A stretch of DNA of 64,000 bases from an uncultured delta proteobacterium. Its GTDB lineage: Bacteria > Myxococcota > Myxococcia > Myxococcales > Myxococcaceae. Position numbers and translations under genes: made by a program. Numbering within the stretch: the stretch's first letter is position 1; each line of letters begins with the position of its first letter. The notes beneath the pieces are model-generated. The model searched no databases and was not told the DNA's origin. It saw nothing but the letters and a program-made list of their open reading frames with translations. The DNA lies in contig CAWCKH010000002.1 of assembly GCA_963796055.1 (NCBI GenBank), forward strand, positions 160,001 to 224,000. The letters are read 5' to 3'. This document shows positions 47,433 through 58,575 of this stretch, one piece after another.

Positions 47433-47924
47433 ATGCGGCTTCGCCGTGCAGCGCTGGGCAGCGCTCTGTTCTTCCTGGTCGCCCCAGGCGTCGTCGTCGG
47501 TCTCGTTCCGTGGTGGTTGACCCACTGGGTGGCGCAACCGACCATGTTGATCCTCCGCTTCTTCGGGGCGCTCCTGCTCGTCCTCGCGCTGCCCGTCCTG
47601 GTGGCCGCCTTCGTCCGGTTCGTGCGCGACGGGCTGGGCACGCCGGCACCGGTCGCTCCGACCGAGCACCTGGTGGTCAGCGGAGCGTACCGCCACGTGC
47701 GGAATCCCATGTACCTGGCCGTCCTCGGGGCCATCGCCGGCCAGGCGCTGCTGCTCGGGCAGCCGGGGCTCCTCGCGTATGCAGCGGGGGTCGCGGTGCT
47801 GGTGGCGAGCTTCGTGCGCCTCTACGAGGAGCCGGCGCTCCGGCGGCAGTTCGGGGCCGACTACGAGGCGTACCGGCGCGCCGTGCCTGGGTGGTGGCCC
47901 CGGCTGCGGCCCTGGAGCGGGTGA
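47433..47924 (+). CDS. Isoprenylcysteine carboxyl/PEMT-type methyltransferase family membrane protein
   Basis: GTPAP, LVVSGAYRHVRNPMY, EEPALRRQFGADYEAYRRAVP. Confidence 0.9.
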   Translation: MRLRRAALGSALFFLVAPGVVVGLVPWWLTHWVAQPTMLILRFFGALLLVLALPVLVAAFVRFVRDGLGTPAPVAPTEHLVVSGAYRHVRNPMYLAVLGAIAGQALLLGQPGLLAYAAGVAVLVASFVRLYEEPALRRQFGADYEAYRRAVPGWWPRLRPWSG

Positions 47925-48094
47925 GTCAGGGCTCCTCTACGCCGGCTTCCCCCAGGCTCTGCGGTCGCTCCAGCCACCTCCCCGCCGCAGCTCGGCGTCT
48001 AGTGAGTGCCGTCCCCCCCTCGCTGGCTGAAGCGACACGCCCCACCTGGTCCGCGGCCCGAAAACCCAGTGTGTTTGTCCTTGGATCTAGTTAA

Positions 48095-49017
48095 TTAGTA
48101 GTCCCAGCAGCCGAGACACGGGTCGGTGGGATCGATCGACACCACCACCGACGCGCTCGCGGAGCCGCCGGCACCGGCGCATGTCAGCGTGTACGTCTGG
48201 TTCGGCACGGTGATCGGCACGCTGAGCTCCGTACCGGACGTGGGGCGACTTCCAGACCAGGTCGGGGTGCCAAAGTAATCGATGCCCGATGCCGTACAGG
48301 ACGTCGCATTCGTGCTTGACCATTGCAGCGTAGACTGTCCGAACGCCGGCAGGTTGATCGCAGGATTGGCAGAGATCGTCACGGTAGGAGCAGCTGGGGA
48401 ACTGACCATCACGGTAACGGATTGGGACGCCGAGCCACCCACTCCGTTGCAGGTGATCGTGTACGTGCGGTTCGCGGTCAGCGCGCCGGTGCTCGCCGAG
48501 CCGGCGGTAGCCTGAGCTCCGGACCAGGCGCCGGAGGCGGTGCACGAGGTCGCGTTCGTGCTCGACCAGGTCACCGTCGAGCTTGCGCCATAGGCCACCG
48601 ACGTCGGGCTGGCCGAGATCGCTACCGTCGGCGGGGGCAGCGCACCGACAGTCACGGTCACCGACGCGCTTGTCGCGCCGCCTGCGCCGGTGCACGTCAG
48701 CGTAAACGTGCTGTCCTGGCTCAGCGCCCCAGTGCTTGCGGTGCCTGCGATCGCTTGGCTTCCTGACCAGGCACGCGAAGCAGTGCAGGACGTCGCGTTC
48801 GTGCTCAACCACGTGAGCGTCGAGCTTCCTTGCGCAGGGACCACCATGGGGGTCGCAGAGATCAACACGCCGGGGGTTGGGCCACCGCGGGGTTAGGGTC
48901 TTCCGCCTGCCCGTCGCCGCCGCAGCCTGTCGCGGCAACGCCGAGGATTCCGACAAACGCGAGGAGCCCTCTGATCCTCATCCAACTGCACTCGGCCCGG
49001 TCGGTGCTCGTCTTCAT
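48095..49017 (-). CDS. Ser/Thr-rich Ig-like repeat lipoprotein with frameshift near 48885
   Basis: Three ST(L/V)xWxSTNATSCTAS..WSG..(F/Y)TxTCxGxGG repeats; the signal/lipobox (VAATGC) from ATG 49017 is one base out of frame. Confidence 0.75.
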
Positions 49018-49180
49018 GGCATTTGCTCCACATCCGGAGAGGCCGTCATCCGGCTGAGGTCAGGTTGCACCGGCGATGCCGTGGCTAAGGTCCTGGACTC
49101 ATTGGATATCCATTCAATCCAGGTTGCTCGGGACGAGATGGTCCGAGGGTCTTTGTTGGCCGGCACGCAACGACGACGAA

Positions 49181-49349
49181 TGCTCAAGCGGACCTTCCAG
49201 ACCGACGTCCTCACCTGGCGGCGCTGCGGAGGCACCCGCGTCGTGGCCGTCGTCCTCCGCTCCGCCACCGCGAGAGGCCAGCCTCACCCGGAGCGCGCCT
49301 CCAGGCCCCTCGCCCCGGCAACCTCCCCGCCCAGCTCGGCCTCTGGTGA
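49181..49349 (+). pseudogene. IS91-family transposase 3' remnant, copy 2
   Basis: LKRTFQTDVLTWRRCGGTRVVAVVLRSATA..PLAPATSPP; DNA similar to 45830-46010. Confidence 0.75.
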
Positions 49350-49529
49350 GTGCCGTCCGAGGTTCGAGACTTCCTCAGCCTGACGATGGGCCTGGGACCG
49401 GTCTACCCTCTGGACGGGAGCACCCCCGCCGAGCGCCTCCTGCCTTCGTCGTCCTGTCCCGCTCCGGCACGACCACCCAGTCCCCTACCCGGTCTCCGAC
49501 CCGAACGCCCGGTTTGTTCTTCTTTGGAT

Positions 49530-49714
49530 CCGGCGTGCAGCCAGATGCGCAGCCGTTCGAGCTTCGCCAGCGTTTCCCGCGCTGCGTCCTCGGGGAGGTC
49601 GGTCCCCAGGAGGAAGTGCGGGGAGCGAAGCTCGCGCCAGCCCTGGACGGGCGGAGGGTGTGGGCCGTGCGCGCACCCGAGGATCAGCAGCGCGGCGAGG
49701 AAGGACGGGCGCAT
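49530..49714 (-). pseudogene. N-terminal scrap of a myxobacterial lipoprotein (DUF1570-like)
   Basis: MRPSFLAALLILGC..WRELRSPHFLLGTDLPEDAARETLAKLERLR, then degenerates. Confidence 0.5.
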
Positions 49715-49848
49715 CCGACCCTGGACGCTACCGGACGGGCGCCGGCGCCCGAGGACCTCTGCTGCGGACGCGCTCGAGATCGCCGTCAGACCGCGCCGCG
49801 GACGGCTGCGAGCGAGACCGGGGTCGGCACGCCGGCTCCGCCAGTAGG

Positions 49849-50397
49849 TCACGGCCGGGTCGAGGGCTGGCACGCTCCGGTGATCCGCTCTCGCTCCTGG
49901 ACCAATGCCCGGAGGTCGGCGGGCGCCGGATCGTCCGGCAGCACGTCGATGATGGGCGCGATGAAGAGTTTGATCTCGTCGACCAGGCCGGCCCTGAAGG
50001 CGTGCGACGCGAGTTCGTGACCACCGATCACGAGATCCTGCGTCGCTCGCAACTTCATGTCGCGAACGGCGTCGGCGTCGAACGTCGGCTCGAGTCGCGC
50101 CATCGGCATCGAGAGCCGCTTCAGCGTCTTCGAGTAGATGACCTTCTCCGCCGCTCGCCACGTGCTGCCAAAGTCGCGCGCCCACGGCGGATCGGATTCG
50201 GACGCACCGAACTGGTTCCAGACCAGCATCGTCTCGTACATGCGCCTGCCGTAGAGATACGTGCCGGTCGGACGCAGCGCATCGTTGACGAACTTCTGGC
50301 TGGCTTCGTCCTGCGCCGTGAAGTCGATCTTGCCCTGTGCGTCTTCGACATATCCGTCGAGAGACCGCGTCGCGAAATAGATGAGCTTCGCCGTCAT
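49849..50397 (-). CDS. Dihydrofolate reductase/RibD C-terminal family protein with apparently replaced C-terminus
   Basis: SLDGYV, LYGRRMYETM, KVIYSKTL, GGHELA, GLVDE; the usual xGGG and final strands are missing after APII. Confidence 0.75.
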   Translation of the reverse strand: MTAKLIYFATRSLDGYVEDAQGKIDFTAQDEASQKFVNDALRPTGTYLYGRRMYETMLVWNQFGASESDPPWARDFGSTWRAAEKVIYSKTLKRLSMPMARLEPTFDADAVRDMKLRATQDLVIGGHELASHAFRAGLVDEIKLFIAPIIDVLPDDPAPADLRALVQERERITGACQPSTRP

Positions 50398-50570
50398 GTC
50401 GCAGATTCCTTTCGTGTCGTTGCCATGGACAAGTGCTCGCCGAGGCGGTCGAACACTTGCATCGCCCCTTCGCGCGCCATCGGAGACCAGCGCTTCGCCG
50501 CCGGGTGAGACGCGGCATCGGGTGGGAGCACGCGGTGCGCCACCGTGACTTTCGTTCCGCCGCCTAGCGG
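50394..50570 (-). pseudogene. SRPBCC C-terminal scrap
   Basis: GGGTKVTVAHR...EGAMQVFDRLGEHL; ATGA-coupled to the DHFR-like gene. Confidence 0.45.
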
Positions 50571-50869
50571 TGCTTCGGCAACTGGGTCTTCGCCCGCCAG
50601 AGGGCCGCGCTGCGCGAGGGGAAGCCCGACGTCCCTGTCGAGCACGGAAAGCTGGCCCGGCTTCCCGGAACCGTCGGCCGCTTCCAGTTCGTCTGCACGC
50701 CAAGGTGTCGGCTCCGCGTGTCCTCTCCGCGAGCCGCCGCTCGGGCGTTGCGCTCGTCTCACGAATGAGGCTGTTCCGCGGTCCAGCCAATCCCTGGCGT
50801 TTCTACAGGCTACCACGGCCAAGCGCGCCTCCACTCACCTGATTGCGGTGCCTTGAGGCGCAACCTTCC

Positions 50870-50884
50870 TGGCACCCACCTTGC
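50870..50884 (+). promoter_or_regulatory. Sigma54 (-24/-12) promoter
   Basis: TGGCACCCACCTTGC fits TGGCAC-N5-TTGC; 50 bp upstream of the sigma factor ATG. Confidence 0.7.
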
Positions 50885-50933
50885 TCATCCCCCTGGAGTG
50901 TCGCAACCACGCGCTTCCAGGGAGACTTCCAGA

Positions 50934-51815
50934 ATGCAGCTCGCCTCCGAGCACTCCTCAACTCCTGACTCGCTCCCGCGCTACCTCTCCGAAATCAACC
51001 GCTACTCCATCCTGAAGGTCGAGGAGGAGCAGAAGCTCGCCCGGCAGTTCGCAAAGGGAGACCTCCAGGCCGGTCACCGCCTCGTCACCGCGAACCTCCG
51101 CTTCGTGGTGAAGGTGGCTTACGAGTACCGCTCGTACGGCATCCGCATGTCCGACCTCATCCAGGAGGGGAACATCGGGCTGATGAAGGCGGTGCAGAAG
51201 TTCGACGCCGACAAGGGCATTCGCCTCATCTCCTACGCGGTCTGGTGGATCCGCGCGTTCATCCAGAACTACGTCCTGAAGTCCTGGTCCCTGGTGAAGC
51301 TCGGGACCACCCAGGCGCAGCGGAAGCTGTTCTTCAGCCTGGCCCGCACGCGCCGCGAGCTGGAGAGGTACAACGTCACCGACACCGCCATCCCGGTCGA
51401 GGAAATTGCCCAGCGGATGAGGGTCAAGCCCGCCGAAGTCCGCGAGATGGACCAGCGGATGGGCGGGCGCGACCTCTCCCTGGATGCGCCGATGGGCGAG
51501 GACGGCAGCTCGACCCACGTCGACTTCGTGGCCTCCTCCGCCCAGGGCCAGGATGACGAGGTTGCCGACAAGCAGCAGGCGACACTCATCAACTCCGGCG
51601 TCCGCACCGCGCTGACCCGGCTCGACCCCCGCGAGCGGTTCATCATCGAGCAGCGGGCGATGACCGAGCCGCCGATGACGCTCAAGGAGCTGGGCGAGCA
51701 CTTCGGGTTCAGCCGCGAGCGCGCCCGCCAGCTGGAGATTCGCGCCAAGGACAAGCTCAAGTGTGAGCTCGCCGCGCTGATGGCCGAGGTGCAGCCGGAC
51801 GAGGCCGCGGCCTAG
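50934..51815 (+). CDS. rpoH: RNA polymerase sigma factor, sigma-32/RpoH family
   Basis: [34 protein letters not shown], RpoH box [17 protein letters not shown]. Confidence 0.9.
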   Translation: MQLASEHSSTPDSLPRYLSEINRYSILKVEEEQKLARQFAKGDLQAGHRLVTANLRFVVKVAYEYRSYGIRMSDLIQEGNIGLMKAVQKFDADKGIRLISYAVWWIRAFIQNYVLKSWSLVKLGTTQAQRKLFFSLARTRRELERYNVTDTAIPVEEIAQRMRVKPAEVREMDQRMGGRDLSLDAPMGEDGSSTHVDFVASSAQGQDDEVADKQQATLINSGVRTALTRLDPRERFIIEQRAMTEPPMTLKELGEHFGFSRERARQLEIRAKDKLKCELAALMAEVQPDEAAA

Positions 51816-52341
51816 TTCTCCCTTCTCAGGTGTCGCACCACGGGCCCGGTGCCGGCAGACTGCCGCCCGGGCCCGTTGTCTTTCCGGTCTCGCCGTCTGA
51901 AGCGTCCGCCTCGTCGCTAGCCTCTCGCTCGATGAGCACTGGAGATCCACGCAACCGCCCCCGCGTCGTCCGTCAGCCCGCCCTCTTCTTCCGGCGTGAC
52001 GACCTCGGACTGGCGCGGGGCAGTAGCCAGCACTGAAGCCTCCGCGGAGACTTACTTTCGGAAGGAGTGCTCGTGCTCTGGGACACCTTCGAGGAGTTCC
52101 CTTGCGCCGCTTCATGCGAGAGCCGGAAACGGCGCTTCGCAGGGTGGAGGACGGTACGCCATCGCCCTGAAGAAACGAGGTTTTGAGCGTGCTGCTCTCG
52201 TTTCCGCGACGAATAGGATCGTCTGAGACTCGAGAGGTACGAAGTCCTGGAGCGCTTCAGGCAGAGGATGCGACGGGCCTGCGAGGACCCGATACTCCCC
52301 TTGGTAGGCGCGTTCCGCGGGCGTTGCGCAGCTCAGGCGAG

Positions 52342-52497
52342 TCAGGGGGTCCGTCTGCCCTGCAAGAGGCGGACGACGAGCACCACCACCGCGACCACCA
52401 GGAGCAGATGAATGAGGCCGCTGGTGATGTGGAAGGCGAAGTAGCCGCCGAGCCAGAGAATGACGAGGACGATGACGAGAATGGTCAACAAGTCCAT
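52342..52497 (-). CDS. lmo0937/DUF5670-family small membrane protein (51 aa, not in the ORF track)
   Basis: MDLLTILVIVLVILWLGGYFAFHITSGLIHLLLVVAVVVLVVRLLQGRRTP; AGGAG RBS. Confidence 0.85.
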   Translation of the reverse strand: MDLLTILVIVLVILWLGGYFAFHITSGLIHLLLVVAVVVLVVRLLQGRRTP

Positions 52498-52629
52498 TGG
52501 GTCTCCTGTTCGTCCGTTCGGTGGTGCATCTCACTCGGAAGCCACGGCGCTCGACAACCTGCCAATCCGTGGTCCCTAGGGCAAGCGGATCGGCTCTCCC
52601 GCGTTCATGCGGACCGCCCCTGCTCAGCG

Positions 52630-53050
<421 letters not shown>

Positions 53051-53165
53051 GGATCGCCAATCGGGCAGGCGGGCGTCATCAAGTGGGTTTTCCAATAACC
53101 TTGAGGACTTCTCCGACCGAGACGTGCTCGGGATTCCACGCGGGGAGCCTCGATTCCCCGCGAGT

Positions 53166-53184
53166 TTGGACACGTCTAGGACAC
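53166..53184 (+). repeat. Third copy of the GGACAC-N5-GGACAC arm-type motif
   Basis: TTGGACACGTCTAGGACAC versus TTGGACACGTTTAGGACAC at 34172. Confidence 0.7.
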
Positions 53185-53274
53185 GATTCGACGAAGTGCA
53201 GTTCAGGTGACCGCCAAGTCCAGGTACCCGGCGCGGGTCATCCGGAGCGCCGGAACCGAGCGACGGGGCTGGAC

Positions 53275-53540
53275 CGTGCTCGGAGCAACCGCGAGCTGAC
53301 GGTGCAGATTGTCGCCATCCACGGTGTCTGCGGCACCGTCCTCCCTGCGTCCCTAAGGCCCAGCGGGCGACCTTCCCACGCCGCAGCACCACCCAAGGAG
53401 AGCGACCTACCTACGGCAGCCCCCGCGTCCATGCCGAGCCGTGTTTTTGAGGCCGTGCCATCGGTCTCGACCGCGTCGGCTCATGCGCGCGGCAGGGTAT
53501 CCGTGCTCGGCGTAAACGCCGCTTCGTGCGGACGACGACA
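53275..53540 (+). pseudogene. Degenerate copy of IS3 orfB
   Basis: CGGAGCAACCGCGAGCTGACGGTGCA, TACGGCAGCCCCCG and CGCCGCTTCGTGCGGACGAC shared with 44863-45050. Confidence 0.75.
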
Positions 53541-53851
53541 TCCGACGCACGGGGCAATCGGACCGCGTCGTCCGGCGTACCGGGGGCTTGGCATTTCGCT
53601 GCCTCGTGGTGGCAGACGGGCGCGGTTTCAAACAGAACGCTCGCTCTCACCCTCCGGAGCGGGATGGCGACGTGCGCCAGGAGAAGGGCCAGGGATGGAT
53701 GCGCATGGGTGGGCGCACCCTGACGCCGGAGCGTCCAGGCGGCCAGACGGTGAACGCGAGCACTTGTCGTCCCGGCGGGCACGGAGCGCGCAGCTTGCGT
53801 GGATCCCCGCGCTGCTTAGCTAGGCAGAGGCAATTATCGCGAGGTCACACC

Positions 53852-54319
53852 ATGACGACGAGATTCCTGGTTCCCATCGCCCTGTCGTTCTCGGTAGCGA
53901 CGGGACTTGCGCACGCCCAGGCGCCGAGCGCGCCGAGTCAGCCGCAGTCCCAGCACACGCCGAGTTCCGCCGCTCCTCCCCCGATCGCCGGCAGGACAGT
54001 CCTCGGCGTGACCGTCGCCGAGAACGAGGCGCTCGCCGTCGGCTACCGCGTCTCCAGGATGCTCCATGCGGACGTCCGGAACGACAAGAATGAGAAGATC
54101 GGGAAGGTGGACGACCTAATCGTCAAGCCCGACGGAACGATTACTATCGCCGTCATCGATGTCGGAGGCTTCCTGGGCCTCGGCACTCACCGGGTCGCCG
54201 TTCCGGTCGACCAGTTCTCCGAGGTGAAGCCGCACCTGGTCCTCCCGGGAGCGACCAAGGACGCGCTGAAGGCCCTTCCCCCCTTCGAGTACGCGAAGGA
54301 CAGCAAGAAAAGCACCTAA
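53852..54319 (+). CDS. Secreted PRC-barrel domain protein
   Basis: Signal peptide; VRNDKNEKIGKVDDLIV..AVIDVGGFLGLG..VAVP. Confidence 0.9.
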   Translation: MTTRFLVPIALSFSVATGLAHAQAPSAPSQPQSQHTPSSAAPPPIAGRTVLGVTVAENEALAVGYRVSRMLHADVRNDKNEKIGKVDDLIVKPDGTITIAVIDVGGFLGLGTHRVAVPVDQFSEVKPHLVLPGATKDALKALPPFEYAKDSKKST

Positions 54320-54695
54320 GTTAGCTTGGCGCGAGCAGACCCTCTTCAGGGGCCGGTGTGTCTCCCCAGTCCTCGGCCTGGAGCGCGTGGCAAATGGGAA
54401 GCTCGATGAGGCAACAGCGGGCGCGCGCGCCCCTGGCCCGCAGTCAGAAGATTCCCGAGGTGACTCATCGTCAGCACGAGCAGCCCGGGAGGAGCAGCCC
54501 GAGCGGATAGCCAGAAACGCCCATCGCCGGGCCGATGAATGCGTGTGAGGCGATGGCGCTTCGTGGCCAGCGAGCCATTTGCAGGCCCGGCGCCAGCGGA
54601 CAACAGTGCGCTGCGCGTCGCGCAATCGCGGCCGACGTCCCCCGGGTGAGGTTGGCGGCGGAGCGGGCCATCCGTCGAGCACCTGCGGCCCCGCC

Positions 54696-55136
54696 TCAGC
54701 GGTGACGCCGGCGGAAGTGCTCGGTGAGCTCGTGGGGGGAGAGCCGCGACAGGTCCTCGGTGATCTCCTCGGCGATGGCCGCCTCGACCCGCTTGGGGAG
54801 CTCCTTCCGGAGCATTCCCATCAGCTCAGGCGGAGCAATCAGCACCAGGCGATTGAAGAGCTGCCCGTCGAACCGCTGCGCCAGCTCCGTCGCGAGGTGC
54901 TTCGCGAAACGATCTGCCTCGAGCTTGTGGCGGCCGTGGGGATCGTCCTCCACGTTCGGACCGTACTTGGTCCCAGCGTTCGGGAACTTCCGGTACTCAC
55001 GGAGATCGCGATCGTGCATCCGACCTTCGGGATGTTCCACCACCTCCACCGGGTTCCATCGACCGGTCTCCGCGTCGATCCGGAGCAGCTGCGCCCGCGC
55101 CGCATCCGCGACCACGGCCATCGTCATCTCGCTCAT
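54696..55136 (-). CDS. Host-attachment (baeRF/AtsE-like) family protein
   Basis: VVADAARA, RFAKHLA, RLVLIAPPELMGMLRKEL, EDLS; GGAGG RBS. Confidence 0.85.
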   Translation of the reverse strand: MSEMTMAVVADAARAQLLRIDAETGRWNPVEVVEHPEGRMHDRDLREYRKFPNAGTKYGPNVEDDPHGRHKLEADRFAKHLATELAQRFDGQLFNRLVLIAPPELMGMLRKELPKRVEAAIAEEITEDLSRLSPHELTEHFRRRHR

Positions 55137-55517
55137 CCGCCGGCCCTCCTCTTCCACAAAATGAGCAGACGCGTCCTCGCCGGCAGCGACCAAGCCGATA
55201 GCCGCTGGCCAGAGGCTCGTTGTCGGACCGAGTGCATTTCTGCCTGCGGTTCTGCCCCCGCGATCGGGAACCCAACCGGCGAGATCCTGCATCGGTTCTC
55301 GCGCCCCGAGAGCCGAGCGGGCCAGGTCACCGCTGCACGGCGCGATGCACAGCTCCCGGTGCTCTTCTTCGTCGGTCGAAGCTGCCGGCTCTCCGCCAAC
55401 TCGTCGAAACACGGCTGACGGTTCGATGAGCAACGGCCGGGCGGTGGACCAGCGCAGAATGCGAGAACAACCACCGCCCGTCTCTGTCCGCCGCAGGCCG
55501 GCAGTTGAGGACGTCGG

Positions 55518-56015
55518 CTACGCCTTGGCCTTGTTCTCGCCCTCGGTTGCACCCTTCAGCTGGACACGCTTGGCCTGCACCTCCGGCTTCTTGGGGATGA
55601 CGACGTTCAGCACACCATCCTTGAGTTCGGCATTGATGTGATCCACGTCGATCCCTTCTGGCAGCGTGAACGAGCGCAAGAAGGCCCCGTAGCTGCGTTC
55701 CAGAGCGTAGAACGTGTCTCCCTCGTCCCTCTTCTCCTCCTGCCGCTGTCCGGAGATCGTCAGCCGGTTGCCGGTTACCGAGATGTCAACATCGCTCTCT
55801 TTGAGCCCAGGAAGATCCGCCTTGAAGACATACGAATCCTTCGTCTCCTTGACCTCAAAGGAAGGCACGAAGCCCGCCGTCTCGGTACCCAACATGCCGG
55901 GGGACAATTCTCGGAAGGGGTCCCACTGCATGAAGCCGCGCATCAGCTCCAGCGGGTCGAGCCCTGTGCGGCTGAGGGCCCGCTCGGGGTCGTGCTGCCG
56001 TCGAATGATGGCCAT
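55518..56015 (-). CDS. Hsp20/alpha-crystallin small heat shock protein
   Basis: PSFEVKETKDSYVFKADLPG, ERSYGAFLRSFTLP, AELKDGVL. Confidence 0.95.
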   Translation of the reverse strand: MAIIRRQHDPERALSRTGLDPLELMRGFMQWDPFRELSPGMLGTETAGFVPSFEVKETKDSYVFKADLPGLKESDVDISVTGNRLTISGQRQEEKRDEGDTFYALERSYGAFLRSFTLPEGIDVDHINAELKDGVLNVVIPKKPEVQAKRVQLKGATEGENKAKA

Positions 56016-56343
56016 TTCCTCAAACCTCCTTCGTTCGATCAATCGCAAGGACAGCCGAGACGGATTCCCCGGAACTCCTCACGAACGGTGCCTACGCCGA
56101 AGACATCTGCACGGCGCGGCGCCGTGTCAAATGGACTCTCGGACTCGCTCTTCATGAGTGGATCCGCTCAGCCGCTCGCTTCTTCGATCCCAACCCGACG
56201 CGGTAGGCGCACGCCCGAGGCATCGCTTCCCAGCACGCCCTGTGGGAAGTCCTGGGCAGGCACTCTCGGGTGGTTGGCTTCTCCAGGAATGTTACTGGGC
56301 GGCGAACCAGCCAACGCTCGGCAGCGGATGCTTCACGGTCACC

Positions 56344-57807
56344 TCATTGCGGAACAGAAGGCCGAGCGTAATCGGTGACCAGATTGCCGAGAATCTTCAC
56401 CGCGCCGTCCTGCCGCTCCGACCAGCGCTCGCCAAACCCGACCCGGATGAAGTTCCCGTACCCCGGACGCCTGGAGAACATCGCACCGGGCGCCAGGCCG
56501 ACGCCGAGATTCCGAGCGCGCCGTCGCAGCTCGATCCCATCGATAGCCTCCGGCAGTCTGACCCAGAGCACGCACCCGCCGGCGGGAGGAAAGATCCTGG
56601 CCTCCGGAGGGAGCGCCCGCCGGAGCGCCTCGACCATCAGCGCCGATTGCCCGCTCAGGTCTCTTCGAAGCCGGCGGAGATGCGGTCCGTAGCCACCTCC
56701 GATCAGATACTCGACGACGGCAGCCTGATTGAGCGCCCCGGTGAGCCCCCCGCTGGACATCTTCAGCTGCTCGAGCTTCACCCGGTAGCGCCCCGCCGCA
56801 ATCCAGGCCACCCCACAGGCGGGGGAGAGGGTCTTCGCGAAGGTTCCCGCGTGGAGCACCTGACCGAGCGCATCGAACGCCTTGGCCGGCCGAGGGGGGC
56901 GACTCGAGAACCAGAGCTCGCCATCGCTGTCCTCCTCGACGAGCGGCACGCCGTCCCGTGCGAGGAGCTCGACCAGCCGTTTCTTTTCGGCTTCGGACAT
57001 GGTCGTCCCAACCGGATCGCGACAGCTGGTCATCATCACACAGGCGTGGATCCGATTGCTGGCCAGCGCGTCCTCGATGGCGTCGAGATCGACCTTTCCC
57101 TCGTCGAGCACCGGCACGGCAAGGGAACGGCGCTCCGTGGTCCGGAGCGCCTGGAGTATCTGCGGGCAGCTGGGCGCCTCGATGAGCACGCGGTCCCCGC
57201 GTCCGGTGACCGCCGCAAGCGCGAGGCTGAGGCTCTCCTGCGCACCGGAGGTGATGAGGATCTCCTCGGGCGAGACCTCAGTCCCCAACTGCAGATAGTG
57301 CAGGGAGATGAGCCGGCGGAGATCGGCATTGCCCGGCGGCCGCCCGGAGAGCCCCATCCGCTCCGAGAAGTGCCGGCCCGCCTTGGCGGCGGCCCTCGCT
57401 TCCTCCGCCCAAGGATAGAACGAGGCGCCCGGGTTCTCCGAGCCCAAGGCCACCAGCTCTGGCCGATGTGCGTCCTCCCGGACGTCGAGCCAGAGGTCGT
57501 GGACCTCGTTCCCGCGCTCGTCGGCACGCACCTGGCGTGTGCGCTGGGACTGAGCGTGCGTCAGTCCGAGAGGCCGGACATACCACCCGGAGCGAGTGCG
57601 CGCCTCGACGAGCCCGTCGGTCTCCAGCTGCTCGTAGGCGCGCTGGACCGTCGTGACGCTCGTCCGGTGGGCTCGACTCGCCTGTCGAACGGACGGCAAC
57701 CGCTCGCCTGGGCGGAGCACGGCCTGATCGATCAGTCGTCGGAGCTCCGCCGCGATCTGCTCATGGCGCGTCACGGGACGGTCAACGACTGTCGCCTGGG
57801 AAATCAT
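56344..57807 (-). CDS. GntR/MocR-family PLP-dependent regulator
   Basis: LRPGERLPSVR..TVQRAYEQLE..GWYV; ITSGAQE, VEED, GTFAKTLSP. Confidence 0.9.
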   Translation of the reverse strand: MISQATVVDRPVTRHEQIAAELRRLIDQAVLRPGERLPSVRQASRAHRTSVTTVQRAYEQLETDGLVEARTRSGWYVRPLGLTHAQSQRTRQVRADERGNEVHDLWLDVREDAHRPELVALGSENPGASFYPWAEEARAAAKAGRHFSERMGLSGRPPGNADLRRLISLHYLQLGTEVSPEEILITSGAQESLSLALAAVTGRGDRVLIEAPSCPQILQALRTTERRSLAVPVLDEGKVDLDAIEDALASNRIHACVMMTSCRDPVGTTMSEAEKKRLVELLARDGVPLVEEDSDGELWFSSRPPRPAKAFDALGQVLHAGTFAKTLSPACGVAWIAAGRYRVKLEQLKMSSGGLTGALNQAAVVEYLIGGGYGPHLRRLRRDLSGQSALMVEALRRALPPEARIFPPAGGCVLWVRLPEAIDGIELRRRARNLGVGLAPGAMFSRRPGYGNFIRVGFGERWSERQDGAVKILGNLVTDYARPSVPQ

Positions 57808-57898
57808 GACATCTGCCTCTCGGCTCCCGAGCCGTAGACCAGCACAGTCCCCGTGACAACCCGTCCTCCCGGAAAGCGTCCGGCGTAGGAGCAAGGCA

Positions 57899-58552
57899 AT
57901 GAAGACCGACGAAGAGATCAGGAGAGATGTCGAGGACGAGCTCCGCTGGGACCCGGACGTCGACCCGACGGACATCGCCGTCGCCGTCAAGAACGGCGTC
58001 GTCACCCTCACGGGATTCGTCAAGAGCTACACACACAAGTACGAGGCCGAGACGGACGCCAAGCGCGTCGCCGGCGTCTCCGGAGTCGCAAACGAGATCC
58101 AGGTGCGGCTGCCGGACGTGGATCTTCGCCCGGATCCGGAGATCGCTCGCGACGCGGTGGCAGCCCTGAAGAGCGCGCTCCCGTTCTCCTGGGAGCGGAT
58201 CAAGGTCATCGTCCGCTCCGGGTGGATCACGCTCGAGGGCGACGTCGACTGGAACTTCCAGCGCGAGGCAGCCGAGAAGGCGGTCCGCAACGTCAAGGGC
58301 GCACTGGGAGTGATCAACTCCCTCGTGCTGAAGCCCGCCGTCAAGCCGGGTGAGGTGAGGAAGCAGATCGAGGAGGCCTTCCGGAGGAGCGCACTGGTCG
58401 ACGCCAGCCGGGTCCGGGTGGAGTCCATCGGAAGCGAGGTGATCCTGTCGGGAACCGTCCGCTCCTGGGCCGAGCGTGAAGAGGCGGAGCGCGCGGCCTG
58501 GGCCGCGCCTGGCGTGACCAAGGTCGACAACCGCATCACCGTGAAGCTCTGA
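57899..58552 (+). CDS. Triple BON-domain (OsmY-like) protein
   Basis: Three repeats: GVVTLTG, GWITLEG, SEVILSG...V.N.I.V. Confidence 0.95.
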   Translation: MKTDEEIRRDVEDELRWDPDVDPTDIAVAVKNGVVTLTGFVKSYTHKYEAETDAKRVAGVSGVANEIQVRLPDVDLRPDPEIARDAVAALKSALPFSWERIKVIVRSGWITLEGDVDWNFQREAAEKAVRNVKGALGVINSLVLKPAVKPGEVRKQIEEAFRRSALVDASRVRVESIGSEVILSGTVRSWAEREEAERAAWAAPGVTKVDNRITVKL

Positions 58553-58575
58553 GCAGAGGGCGGGACCATCCCCAC

